A stretch of 63,874 nt of DNA, filler included, from Octopus bimaculoides (GCF_001194135.2; 10 parts of 10 records of this genome joined end to end with filler, not necessarily neighbours in it); one strand, 5' to 3'. Positions 25,378 to 36,899 are shown, numbered from the whole stretch's first letter. The notes: generated by a model from the sequence alone, not told the origin. Made by a program: numbers and translations.

Positions 25378-25452
25378 TCACAAGTCTGGGGCTTCACAAA
25401 TTACTATAGGGAAGTCAACATGTAGTCGTGGAAATGGAAGCTCAATTTCACC
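25378..25452 (-). CDS. TUSC2: Tumor suppressor candidate 2 (TUSC2/FUS1), last coding exon
   Basis: Acceptor TTATTTTCCAG, then GEIELPFPRLHVDFPIVICEAPDL*; compare the vertebrate TUSC2 C-terminus GIVKLDHPRIHVDFPVILYEV. Phase 0 fits the previous exon. Confidence 0.9.
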   Translation of the reverse strand, partial: GEIELPFPRLHVDFPIVICEAPDL

Positions 25453-26299
25453 CTGGAAAATAACAAAAACAGAAATATTAGAAAACAGAGCTATTGATTA
25501 AATGGTGGCAGTTTGAGACATCTCAACATTAAACAATCTCTAAACAATGAAAATGTATTCTATTGACATCGTTGATATTAATAATGCAGTAAAATTTACA
25601 TATAGAATCCAATGGTAAAAATAATCAAATTTTATGTTTTATATCCATATATATCTCCCTAACTAACATCTCTGCTATAAATTACGTTAATTTGTCATTA
25701 TAAATTTAAACATCAGGTTTGGCCTATTACTGCTCCAATTACCGATACAGTTACCTCCCTTCTATCTAGTAATTTCAATGGCTGATGAATAATTTTTCAG
25801 TCTTGCACTGAATTCAAACAATGAAAATATACTGAAAAAAAGATAATATTGCAAACATAAAGGTATAAATCAATGTTTATAAGCTACTTTACGTAAAACC
25901 GATCAAACTATGAAACAAACGAATAAACATTAGTAAGTACCTTTCAGTGACACATCATCTCTAGACACCTTGTACCTGTAAAGTGACACACCATCTCTCT
26001 GTGACACAACACAAACTTCACCTAACATAATACCTCTAAATTACATACCACTTCTAAGTGACACACTACTTTTCTGTCAGTATTTCTCATTTGGAAAATG
26101 CTTTGGGATGAAGAGGGGAGGACAAATTGCCATGTTGGATAAAATTAAAACGATTTCAAGCTTTTCAAACTTGTTAATTACCATAGTTAAAAAAAATTAT
26201 AGAAAGCAAACTCACATTTATCTTTCCAGTAATAAAGAGTAAGGAGGACAAAAAAATGTCACTAATATGTTTTTTAACCAGAGTCTAGTATTTGTCAGG

Positions 26300-26680
26300 T
26301 GGAGGCGCAATGGCCCAGTGGTTAGGGCAGTGGACTCGCGGTCATAGGATCGCAGTTTCGATTCTCAGACCGGGCGTTGTGAGTGTTTATTGAGCAAAAA
26401 CACCTAAAGCTCCACAAGGCTCCGGCAGGGGATGGTGGCGAACCCTGCTGTACTCTTTCACCACAACTTTCTCTCATTCTTACTTCCTATTTCTGTTGTG
26501 CCTGTAATTCAAAGGGTCAGCCTTGTCACACTGTGCCACGCTGAATATCCCCGAGAACTACGTTAAGGGTACACGTGTCTGTGGAGTGCTCAGCCACTTG
26601 CACGTTAATTTCACGAGCAGGCTGTTGCGTTGATCGGATCAACTGGAACCCTCGACGTCGTAAGCGACGGAGTGCCAACA
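26300..26680 (+). mobile_element. Full-length tRNA-derived SINE with 13 bp TSD, antisense in TUSC2 intron
   Basis: GGAGGCGCAATGGCCCAGTGGTTAGGG head; 3' stem CGTCGTAAGCGACG; TSD AGTATTTGTCAGG at 26287-26299 and 26681-26693. Second copy (3' part, minus) at 56424-56615. Confidence 0.9.
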
Positions 26681-26843
26681 AGTATTTGTCAGGCTGAGAA
26701 TTACTCCTATAAGTGACATATCACTTCGAAGAGACACACTATCTCTAGAACATATACATTCTCTAAGTTCTCAACACCTAAAACAACTAGCTTAGTCTCA
26801 TAAGCACTGTTACTTTTAACAAAAAGCAAACCCACCAACCTAC

Positions 26844-26961
26844 CTGCGCTATCAAGTTTCGCTCTTGTTTACGCATCATGCGTTTCTTCCCCATTCGGTC
26901 GAGAAACACTTCTTCGTAAAATTCATGCGCAAGATCTCCATCTTCATCAAAGTACATTGAT
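26844..26961 (-). CDS. TUSC2: TUSC2/FUS1 internal coding exon
   Basis: Acceptor TTTTCATTTACAG, donor CAG|GTAGGT. The 118 nt encode (x)SMYFDEDGDLAHEFYEEVFLDRMGKKRMMRKQERNLIAQ, matching the TUSC2 signature SMFYDEDGDLAHEFYEE...NLIPQ. Confidence 0.93.
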
Positions 26962-27234
26962 CTGTAAATGAAAAAAAAAAAAAGGGAATGGTTAAAGTAA
27001 TTGGGTTAACAACTTAGAATTAGTGGACATTAAACGATGATGATATATATATATATACATACATACATGTTATATTTATATATATACACACATACATACA
27101 CAATCACTAAGTACCACAGTCTGTTTTGGCCTGGTTTCTATGACTAGATGCCCTTCCTAATGCCAACCACTTTACAGAGTGTACTGGTTGCTTTTTACAT
27201 GGCACTAACACCAGTGCTTTTCATATGGATAGAT

Positions 27235-27890
27235 CATCATCATCAATATTTAACCTCTGTTTTCCATGCTAGCATGGGTCGGGTGGCTTGACAGGAACTA
27301 GCAAGCCCAGGGGCGGCACCAGGTTCCATAGTCTGTTTCAGGTTGGTCTCTATGGTTGGATGCAGAGTGTAATGGATACTTTTTATGTAGCACCTTGGTT
27401 TTAGGATCTCAAATTCTGTTATGGTGGGTAGGTCTTCTCGAGTACTGCAATGCACCATATAGCCCGATTCTCTGTCATCTCCTTTATAAGGTTCAGCATT
27501 TTGAGATCAGCTTTCAATACTTCCAGCCACTTTAAGTGATCAACACTTAAAATGGCTGCAGTTGACTATGCTGCTGCTACACCAGTCATAGGGTATGACT
27601 CCTTCGTGTATCACCTGGTTCGTAATACGGGTGACTAGGCTATAGCCAACACTGCCAGATATTTTGAGCATCTCTGCAGTGATTCCTGATGGGCCGGGGG
27701 CTTTCCCGGTCTTCATACTCTTAATTGCTTTATCTACCCTGGTACTATCAACTCGGATAGCTGGTCCCTCTATTGGGTCGACATAAGGCAGGCTCTCTTT
27801 CTCCCATTCATTCTCTTTATTAAGCAATCTATCGTAGTGGCATCTCCAGACCTCTTTCTTTGCATCCTCATTTAATGCAAGCGTACCATC
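27235..27890 (-). mobile_element. RTE-clade LINE fragment with internal deletion
   Basis: EDAKKEVWRCHYDRLLN...VDKAIKSMKTGKAPGPSGITAEMLK...IPYDWCSSSIV (pre-RT region), joined to the ORF C-terminus and the CCCATGCTAGCATGGAAA tail. Confidence 0.85.
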
Positions 27891-28429
27891 NNNNNNNNNN
27901 NNNNNNNNNNNNNNNNNNNNNNNNNNNNNNNNNNNNNNNNNNNNNNNNNNNNNNNNNNNNNNNNNNNNNNNNNNNNNNNNNNNNNNNNNNNNNNNNNNNN
28001 NNNNNNNNNNNNNNNNNNNNNNNNNNNNNNNNNNNNNNNNNNNNNNNNNNNNNNNNNNNNNNNNNNNNNNNNNNNNNNNNNNNNNNNNNNNNNNNNNNNN
28101 NNNNNNNNNNNNNNNNNNNNNNNNNNNNNNNNNNNNNNNNNNNNNNNNNNNNNNNNNNNNNNNNNNNNNNNNNNNNNNNNNNNNNNNNNNNNNNNNNNNN
28201 NNNNNNNNNNNNNNNNNNNNNNNNNNNNNNNNNNNNNNNNNNNNNNNNNNNNNNNNNNNNNNNNNNNNNNNNNNNNNNNNNNNNNNNNNNNNNNNNNNNN
28301 NNNNNNNNNNNNNNNNNNNNNNNNNNNNNNNNNNNNNNNNNNNNNNNNNNNNNNNNNNNNNNNNNNNNNNNNNNNNNNNNNNNNNNNNNNNNNNNNNNNN
28401 NNNATATATATATATATATATATATACAT

Positions 28430-28595
28430 ACACGGCGGGCTTCTTTTCGTTTCCGTCTACCAAATTCACTCACAAGGCTTTGGTCGGCCCGAGGCTATAG
28501 TAGAAGACACTTGCCCAAGTTGCCACGCAGTGGGACTGAACCCGGAACCATGTGGTTGGTAATCAAGCTACTCACCACACAGCCACTCCTGCGCC
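28430..28595 (-). mobile_element. SINE 5' half (family of 6407-6803)
   Basis: Reverse complement of GGCGCAGGAGTGGCTGTGTGG...TTTGGTAGACGGAAAC. Confidence 0.85.
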
Positions 28596-28779
28596 TGATG
28601 ATGATGATGATGATGAAATTATAGATGTAATGGAAATCATTTTCTGGTTTGATAAAACAGATACAATATTAATTTGTCAAAAGTATAATTAAAACGCCTT
28701 ACTAGAAAAAGAAAATTGAAGAAAACAAAAACGTATGCAAAAATTTACTGCGAGAAACAAATTTATGACAGTCATGGTC

Positions 28780-29030
28780 GCAGACGAAATAAAAATTCAC
28801 AAGTAGGCACGTAAACTGAACTATTTTACATTTCTGTGGACAGAGTTTATTTGGTCAGATGAAGCAGCACAAGGAAAAAGCGAAAAACAAGTTCTCTGGG
28901 AGTGTGACTATTCAGGAATTGAGTTGATGAACAACTCGAATTGTTTAAACTAGTTTAAGCATGTGGACTATCTTGTTAGACCGTAGTATGTAAAAAGAAT
29001 GCACCTGTTTGGTAGGTAATTTTATAGTCA
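28780..29030 (+). mobile_element. Possible degraded Tc1 relic
   Basis: FLWTEFIWSDEA resembles the Tc1 WxxVxWSDE first catalytic Asp; weak TV...VW motif downstream. Confidence 0.3.
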
Positions 29031-29721
29031 GGTATAAATAAAAAAAAAAAGCACTTTAACAGTATTTAAAATAGATTAATTTGCCTCTTGATAGAATTAT
29101 TTTGGGAGTTTAAAACTAGTAACATTTGGATATCTAAAACATATAATATATGATGAAAGACTTTAATGAAAAAAAAATACCATGTCACTTGTGTCTTAAA
29201 ATGATGAATAAAAGTTAAAATGCGGCGTTAGCTAATCAAACTCAGCATTTTGAATTAAATACTTAAGGGGAAATAACTACTACATATGGCTATTTATGCG
29301 AAGTTTTCGTGATGTTGTGAACAGGTTGAGTGCAGCGATGAAAATGGAACAAGAACACCTGAAATATACATATACAGTCATTACCTATTTTTCTGTCTTC
29401 GATCGCATCGTTTACATAGTTGTATGCATATACGAAACGTCGTAACTTTCAGTACTGGTTATGATTTCTATAGGAAATCTGCAGAGATAACTTTAAAAAG
29501 TGACTACAAGAAAGATTTCTGAAGCTCTAAAAATGCCACTAACCAATAACTCGAGACCCATTAAAGTAAATTCAGTATGAGACACAAGCAGAAACTTTAA
29601 ACACACAAGAATACAGAATGAAAGTATACAATGTACTGAGAAGAGATGCAGCAAAGGTTTTGGGAATTGTTAAATTAGTAGAAAATATAAACACATGGCA
29701 TTGAGTTTAACGCAGATGTCA

Positions 29722-29981
29722 AATAATAAATGCGCCCTTTTAAAGCCTAACCAGGCTCATGGGCCCGGTTTCCAGGTTTCTATGACATATGCGTTCCCCA
29801 GCTGGACGGGACGCCAGTCCACCGCAGTGTTACTCATTTTTGCCAGCTGAGTGAACTGGAGTAACGGGTAATGAAGTGTTTTGCTCAAGAACACAACGCG
29901 CCGCCTGGTCCAGGAATCGAAACCACAATCTTACAATCATGGTGCTGACACCCTAACCACTAAGCCACGCGCCTTCACAAG
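29722..29981 (-). mobile_element. tRNA-derived SINE with ~10 bp TSD
   Basis: Minus head GTGAAGGCGCGTGGCTTAGTGGTTAGGG...TTCGATTCC; GCAGATGTCA at 29712-29721 and 29982-29991. Confidence 0.8.
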
Positions 29982-32161
29982 GCAGATGTCAGGCGTTCCT
30001 TTAGTAATTAAAGTTGAAAGCTAAAAGCCTCAAGAAAGGCGCTGCTGAAAAGTAAAGATAAATCTGAGACCCTAACTGATGCTGGGATTACTACAACTAA
30101 CAGAACTTTATTTATAAATTTCCTGAATCAAAAGATATTGAGATATTTAAGTTTAGGAAATCTTCTCAGTTAAAAATGCTGTGATAAAACAATTGTACTT
30201 ATAAAGCATTAGTTAAATCTTGAACTGTTTCTGTACATCTATCAGTGTATTTGAGATCATAGTAGATTAGTGAATAGTTTAGTCATAAAAAGTTAACCTA
30301 ACTCATGATGAATCACCTTGGACAGAGATTCCTGTCACCAGCTGGAACTTCCTGAATTTACTTTGACACAATAATCTACCTTGCTTTCAAGGACTTCAAA
30401 TATTTTGTCTTACATCAAATAATGAACCAAATATAGACTATTCATCATCCTTTAACATCTGTTTTCCATGTTGGTATGGGTTGGGTGGCATGGCTAGAGC
30501 TGCACCAGGTTCCAATTGTGTGTTTTGACTTGATTTCTACGGCTGGATGCCCTTCCTAATGCCAACTACTTTACAAAGTGTACTGGGTGCTTTTTACATG
30601 GCACTGGCACGGATGCTTTTTATGTGGCACCAATACTGACAAGTTCACTGGATAACTTGCAAGACAAAAAGCCCCCTTTAGCTGGGAGGGGAGCATTAAT
30701 CAAGGTGGTAAGGCAAAAATATTGTTTGACTTTGTTATATACATTCTGAATGGCTGTGTATTCATTTCACATAATGTATGTCAACAAGGTTAAAGAGGCT
30801 TCTAGACAATCCACCCACAAGGTTTTGGTAAACCCAGGGGTATACTGGTACTTGTCCAAAATGCAACACAATGTGAGTGAACCTGAAGCTACATGGTTAG
30901 GAATCAAGTTACTTAACCAGTCACATCAGTACCTATATCACTAACAATATCTATGTAGGTTTTCTTTTTGCTAACCCCTAATTTATTTATTTCCAATTGA
31001 ACTTCTTCAAACTGAATTTCTTTAAATTGAGTGTGAAGAAACTTGTAATTATTTACATCAGCATGTAGCAAACATCAAAAGTTCACATAATGGAATAAAT
31101 TAGTTTGTTGTAAAGAAGAGAAGTACACATACATTTTTATCAGGACTCTTTGCTAGAGAAAGATGAAATGCATTCTAATAGTGATGAATAAATTAACTGG
31201 AAGAGGTGAAGGGGTGAGAGAGAAAGGAAAAAGATTAACAGTGAAGATTATGGACGTGAAGAAAAGTAACATATAATTATAAATTTTTTTTTTTTGCCTT
31301 TGGTATGAGAAAAGCAGCCAGTACATGCTGTAAAGCGATTGGTGTTAGGAAGGGCATCCAGCTGCAGGAACCATATCAAAGTAAACACTGCAGTATGATG
31401 CAGTCCTTGGACCCATCAGATCCTGTCAAACCATCCAATCCATGCCATCAAGGAACATGGATTTTAGATGATAATGATGATGATGACATTTAATTAGAGA
31501 TGTTTGAAGAGAGACAACAATGATTTATTAGATGATGGTTGGTTATTATTTACAGGTTGTACATTTGTGTTGTTAATTCAGAGAAGAGATTTTGTGAAAT
31601 ACTAATGAATAACTGAGGACAAATTAATTTCAGCTTTACAGTTTATAATTATCAACGATATGTTTTGCTGTTGGTAGATGTAGGCATTTTTTAAAATGTA
31701 TTTTCTCTGAAGGAAAGGTCTGTGATGATGGTCTTTATCTCTAAGACTAGTCAGACTGATGCCATTAATTTTCTGATGACTGCAGAAACCACATGGAATC
31801 ACAAGTAAGTGTCTTCTATTACCTATACTTTATTAGTGGAATTTAGTAGATGATAGTGGTGCAATCAGAAACAGTGCATCTCTCTTTGTCAAATTGTAAC
31901 CATCTGATAAAATAAACACTCAGGTTAATATGAATGACTAAAAACATTTGAAAGCAGTGCCCCCATATGGCCACAGTCCAGTGACTGAAACTAGCAAGAA
32001 AATATCTAGACACTTGTAATGTATATAATAAACACTTCTTGGTACTCAAAAAAAAATATTTCTATGACTGTATTAAAAGTTTACAATTGAAAAGCCAGTG
32101 ACACTTAGCACAACTGATATGAAGGGAAGATTAAATCTTTAAACATTACATGAATTGACAA

Positions 32162-32486
32162 TATTGTCTCTCCGTGGCCGTTGCCAGTACCGCCTGACTG
32201 GCTCCTGTAGGATTTTCGAGCGAGATCGTTGCCAGTGCCCCTGGACTGGCTTGTGCGGGTGGCACATAAAAGACACCATTTCGAGCGTGGCCGTTTTCGT
32301 GCGGGTGACACGTAAAAGCACCCACTACACTCTCTGAGTGGTTGGCGTTAGGAAGGGCATCCAGCTGTAGAAACTCTGCCAAATCAGACTGGAGCCTGGT
32401 GTTGCCATCCGGTTTCACCAGTCCTCAGTCAAATCGTCCAACCCATGCTAGCATGGAAAGCGGATGTTAAACGATGATGATGATGA
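32162..32486 (+). mobile_element. Young RTE 3'-end insertion (repeated at 32954-33277 across a gap)
   Basis: CpG-rich; ends in CCCATGCTAGCATGGAAAGCGGATGTTAAACGATGATG. The second copy, including unique flanks, differs at only a handful of bases. Confidence 0.8.
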
Positions 32487-33280
32487 ATAGNNNNNNNNNN
32501 NNNNNNNNNNNNNNNNNNNNNNNNNNNNNNNNNNNNNNNNNNNNNNNNNNNNNNNNNNNNNNNNNNNNNNNNNNNNNNNNNNNNNNNNNNNNNNNNNNNN
32601 NNNNNNNNNNNNNNNNNNNNNNNNNNNNNNNNNNNNNNNNNNNNNNNNNNNNNNNNNNNNNNNNNNNNNNNNNNNNNNNNNNNNNNNNNNNNNNNNNNNN
32701 NNNNNNNNNNNNNNNNNNNNNNNNNNNNNNNNNNNNNNNNNNNNNNNNNNNNNNNNNNNNNNNNNNNNNNNNNNNNNNNNNNNNNNNNNNNNNNNNNNNN
32801 NNNNNNNNNNNNNNNNNNNNNNNNNNNNNNNNNNNNNNNNNNNNNNNNNNNNNNNNNNNNNNNNNNNNNNNNNNNNNNNNNNNNNNNNNNNNNNNNNNNN
32901 NNNNNNNNNNNNNNNNNNNNNNNNNNNNNNNNNNNNNTTACATGAATTGACAATATTGTCTCTCCGTGGCCGTTGCCAGTACCGCCTGACTGGCTCCTGT
33001 AGGATTTTCGAGCGAGATCGTTGCCAGTGCCCCTGGACTGGCTTGTGCGGGTGGCACATAAAAGACACCATTTCGAGCGTGGCCGTTTTCGTGCGGGTGA
33101 CACGTAAAAGCACCCACTACACTCTCTGAGTGGTTGGCGTTAGGAATGGCATCCAGCTGTAGAAACTCTGCCAAATTAGATTGGAGCCTGGTGTAGCCAT
33201 CCGGTTGCACCAGTCCTCAGTCAAATCGTCCAACCCATGCTAGCATGGAAAGCGGATGTTAAACGATGATGATGATGAAT

Positions 33281-33760
33281 AGCAAGCATTCTGAATGGTG
33301 GTTCGATAGAGACAAAGTGCCAAAACACAATCCAAAAAAGAATATTCACCAAAAAAAGCTAATGGTGTCTGTTTGGTGGTCCAGCACTGGTGTCATCCAC
33401 TACAGCTTCATGAGACCTTGTAAGTCAATTACAGCAGATGTATACATCAACCAACTGGATGAAATGTTAAGTGAACTTACAATTAAACAACCGAAATTGG
33501 TCAATAGAGACAGTCTATTGCAAGATGATGCTCAACCACATATTGTGCAAAGAATGCTACTCAAGTTACAGGAACCGAACTTGGAAGTACTCTGTCACCC
33601 ATCATATTCACCAGACCTTGCACCAACTGACTACCACGTTTTTCCAGGCACAACCACCTTTCATGATTTTATCACCTCTTGCTCTCCAGAATGCTTCACT
33701 GCTGGCATAAATAAGCTACTGATAAAATGGCAAATTTGTCTTGATAAATTAGGTGCCATC
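33281..33760 (+). mobile_element. Mariner (DD34D) transposase pseudogene fragment
   Basis: KKLMVSVWWSSTGVIHYSF...ITADVYINQLDEM...LLQDDAQPH...LEVLCHPSYSPDLAPTDYHVF...GINKLLIKWQIC. Confidence 0.9.
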
Positions 33761-34219
33761 CCACCCCCCTCCACCGGAAGTTCATTCCTCTGCCATCCCN
33801 NNNNNNNNNNNNNNNNNNNNNNNNNNNNNNNNNNNNNNNNNNNTTAATTAATTAANNNNNNNNNNNNNNNNNNNNNNNNNNNNNNNNNNNNNNNNNNNNA
33901 TATATATTATTGTGTCTGGGGAGAGTCATTCTCTTTTCGTGCCTCACTGGTTCAAGATCCACTCATTTACTTATTTATTTCTTCTAAACTTTTCGTTGTG
34001 TCTTGCAACCTTTTCAATAGTAGTTGACTGTCCATTATCAGAGGTGTGTTCATCAGTGGGCATGTGTATACACATAAGTATGTTTGTATGTAAGCATGTA
34101 TGTGTGTGTATGCATGTATGTGTGTATGTATGTGTGTGTGCTTGAGGTACCTATCTATCTATTTATCTATCTGATTACTTACATATCCATTTACCTACAT
34201 ATATATGTGTGTGTGTGTG

Positions 34220-34258
<39 letters not shown>

Positions 34259-34265
<7 letters not shown>

Positions 34266-34612
34266 GAAATATTGCATTTCTAAATCTCTCAGAGGGACTT
34301 ATACAATAGCAGCACAATAAAGTGATAGTTTGTTGCCAACTAAATGTGGCAATCCCAGGAAATGGAAGAATGCTACTGCTATTTAGCTGCAGGAAACATT
34401 GTTTCCAGTTATGTGACACAAACTTTCTGTATCCTTAAGTTTTCAAACGGGGCAGATAAGAACCTCCACCTAGCAAAGCCAGCATCCAGAGATTAGTTTT
34501 TGCTCTTCATCAGTCTGGTGTAGCTTGGCTTGGCTTGCTTATTTGCCTTTGAAAACTTATAGAATTTCAAGTGAAATAAATTCACTGATCTACAAAATTA
34601 GAAATATTGCAT
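34259..34612 (-). mobile_element. Hammerhead-bearing ~335 nt monomer (family C), slightly more than one unit
   Basis: Starts and ends with AAAATTAGAAATATTGCAT (34259 and 34594). Contains CCAGA-CTGATGA-AGAGC...AAAAC-TAATC-TCTGG at 34486-34518 on the minus strand, with a helix II deletion. Confidence 0.8.
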
Positions 34613-34800
34613 GTCATAGCCCCTTTCCTGGGTCTGCCACATTTAGTTGACAACAAACTACCACTTTATTGTGCTGCTACTGTATAAGTCTCTCTGAGAG
34701 ATTTAGAAATGCAATATTTCTAATTTTGTAGATCAGTGAATTTATTTCACTTGAAATTCTATAAGTTTTCAAAGCGAATAAGCATCAACAGCTAGCAAGC

Positions 34801-36631
34801 CACTTTTTGTTGCTTTTTGAAGAACTGTAGCTGAATTTTTTGTGCAAAGCCATCATTGTTGGGTGGCAGTGAATAATTGAGAGAAATGAAAAGTTACGCA
34901 GAGGCTACTGGAGGTCGAGTTCCCCTAGATCCACCTGTGCTGAAGCCGGAGATGATACAGTGGAATGAGGAGCTGATAAACAAATATTATGGTATGGTAG
35001 AGAAAGAAGGGTCAGATATAAGAATGACCCTGCCAGAGGATGAAAAAGTGAAAATCGAAAAGAAGACGGTCATATTCAGAACATTTTCGAATGAAAATAG
35101 AAGAATTGAACATGCACCACAGGAAGAGATAGAAGAAATTTTGGAAGAACAAATAGGAGACAGCATAGCGTTCTTTATGAGAGGAAAGGGATATGCGTCG
35201 ATAATAGTAACCTTTTTATCAGAAGAGGAGGCGGAAAGAATCTCCAACAGGCTGATACAGGGAGAAAAATGGACTTTGATGCCAAACTGTTTGGGCAAAA
35301 GAATTGTTAGAATTAGGGTGGGAAGAATCCCACTGTCGATAGACCCAGAGTGGATAATAGCCGCAATTTTTCATTTAGAGATGAGGAAGGAAAGCGAAGA
35401 CGTGAGGACTGGCATAAAAAACTGAACCCAACAACTGAAGTAATGGGGCTACGGATTAGAGATAATTTGTGCAGTAAGCCCAAAATATTACGACAAAATA
35501 CCTGAAACTTTAGAGCTACCAAATGAAGAAAGGCTGGAGATAATGTTGGAGGGAAGACCCCCAAAGTGTTACGGATGTGGTAAAAGAGGGCGCTTAAGAA
35601 AGAAATGCCCTAGAGCAGCAGTGGAAATGGTAGAGGAGAGTATTCAGGAGAATATAATGGTAGAAAAACAGCAGAAAACAGAACATGACAGGAACTTTGT
35701 GGAGGTGAAAGCCAGAAAAAGAAAGAGAAGGATGTCACCGGCGACAGTAGAATTGAAGAAGTACAAAGCAATGGAAGAGGAAACCTAACCCACAATGAGA
35801 AACAGTGAAGATTTACCAGTAGGATCACCAATAAAGGACTTACAAGTACAGAGTCATTCAAACCAGCAGACACTCAAACACATAGACATGCAAAAGCACA
35901 CAAGTAATAACGAACAGAAACAAGACAACCCAGAATTACGGAAACCTAAAGTCATAGACACACAGATGAAACACGTAGAATTACAGTCAAAACGAACACA
36001 CAGACACACAAATACAGAGACACAATCATACGAAAGCCAAAAACTGCAGAAATATAGAGACAAGCTACAACATGCAAAACACAAACAAAAAGAAAATTTA
36101 TAGTGAAATATAAGACACTCCAAACTTGAAAGAATTTCAAAATTGAAAGACATTGTGAAAGATTGAATCCACTGAGGCTGGAGGTAGATGTTGAACTGCA
36201 CACCTCGGTGGTGAATTATGTGGACGAAAAGGAGAAGATGAAGTGGTAATTCATGATTTATTTAAGAAACTGTGAAAAACATTTGGTTAAACTTATTGTT
36301 TTTTTTTTGTTTTTTTTTAAGTGGAAAGAAAAGGAAATAAGTAAATTCTGGAACTATTGAATGAACATTTGTTTAAAAAGTTTTAAAATTGTATGGTGAA
36401 AGTGAAAAGGGAAGTCATGGTTTCGCCTCAGAACGAGGCTGGAAATTATTAGGTAAAATGTAAAGTTTTAAAGAAAAAAAGGAATCCACATTGTCATCTC
36501 GGAGTGAGAGAGCCGTCTCATTTTCATTGTAAATTAATTCATTTCACATTCATCATTTCATGTGTTTTTTGTTCCTGCATGTCTGTGTATGTCCCCTCTG
36601 TGTTAGGCATTGTGCCAGTAATAAAGAATAA
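34801..36631 (+). mobile_element. ORF1-only L1/Tx1-like non-autonomous retroelement (HAL1-like) with 11 bp TSD
   Basis: TSD AGCTAGCAAGC (34790-34800) / AGCTAACAAGC (36632-36642); ends AATAAAGAATAA; no RT or endonuclease sequence recognised. Confidence 0.65.
34886..36103 (+). pseudogene. Gag-like ORF1 (RRM-like region + CCHC-type zinc knuckle), three in-frame stops
   Basis: Track ORFs 34877, 35543 and 35795 are all in one frame (406 codons from ATG 34886). Starts MKSYAEA; GKRIVRIRVGRIP; EGRPPKCYGCGKRGRLRKKCP; basic RKRKRR. Stops at 35423, 35441 and 35786. Confidence 0.8.
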
Positions 36632-36641
36632 AGCTAACAAG

Positions 36642-36682
36642 CTAGAATGATGAAGAGCAATGACTCTGAAACTAGTCTCTGG
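36642..36682 (+). ncRNA. Minimal type-I hammerhead (family C), C3-to-A core mutation
   Basis: CTAGA-ATGATGA-AGAG caatga CTCT-GAAAC-TA-GTC-TCTGG. Helices I and II pair; helix III is the palindrome ACTAGT; GUC site. Confidence 0.75.
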
Positions 36683-36848
36683 ATGCTGGCTTTGCTGGGT
36701 GGAGGTGCTTATCTCCCCCATTTGAAAACTTAAGGACACGGAACACTTGTGTCACATAGCCAACTGGAAATGATGTTTCCTGCTGCTAAATAGCAGTGGA
36801 ATTTTTCCCTTTCCTGGGACAGCCACATTTAGTTGGCAACAAACTATC

Positions 36849-36884
<36 letters not shown>

Positions 36885-36899
36885 CATGTCTACATAACA

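Larger units (their letters stand above)
34613..36852 (+). mobile_element. Inverted family C array (34613-34800 + 36632-36852) interrupted by an insertion
   Basis: 34620-34785 is the reverse complement of 34259-34365 and 34535-34612. 36650-36852 is the reverse complement of 34316-34512. The two parts join into one continuous sense monomer when 34801-36631 and one TSD copy are removed. Confidence 0.75.

Noticed and set aside
29385-29482. Candidate TUSC2 exon 1 (minus-strand donor AG|GTAATG)
   Set aside because: The phase-2 frame has an upstream stop, no ATG and no TUSC2-like residues; at most a non-coding exon.
31790-31830. CTGATGA-CTGCA-GAAAC hammerhead-like string at ~31770-31790 and a nearby plus-strand GTAAGT donor
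   Set aside because: No credible helix I or II and no GUH site; the donor has no recognisable exon or homology.
32140-33280. Apparent ~345 bp tandem duplication flanking a gap
   Set aside because: Unique flanks are duplicated too and the copies differ by only a few SNPs; most likely overlapping contig ends from two haplotypes.
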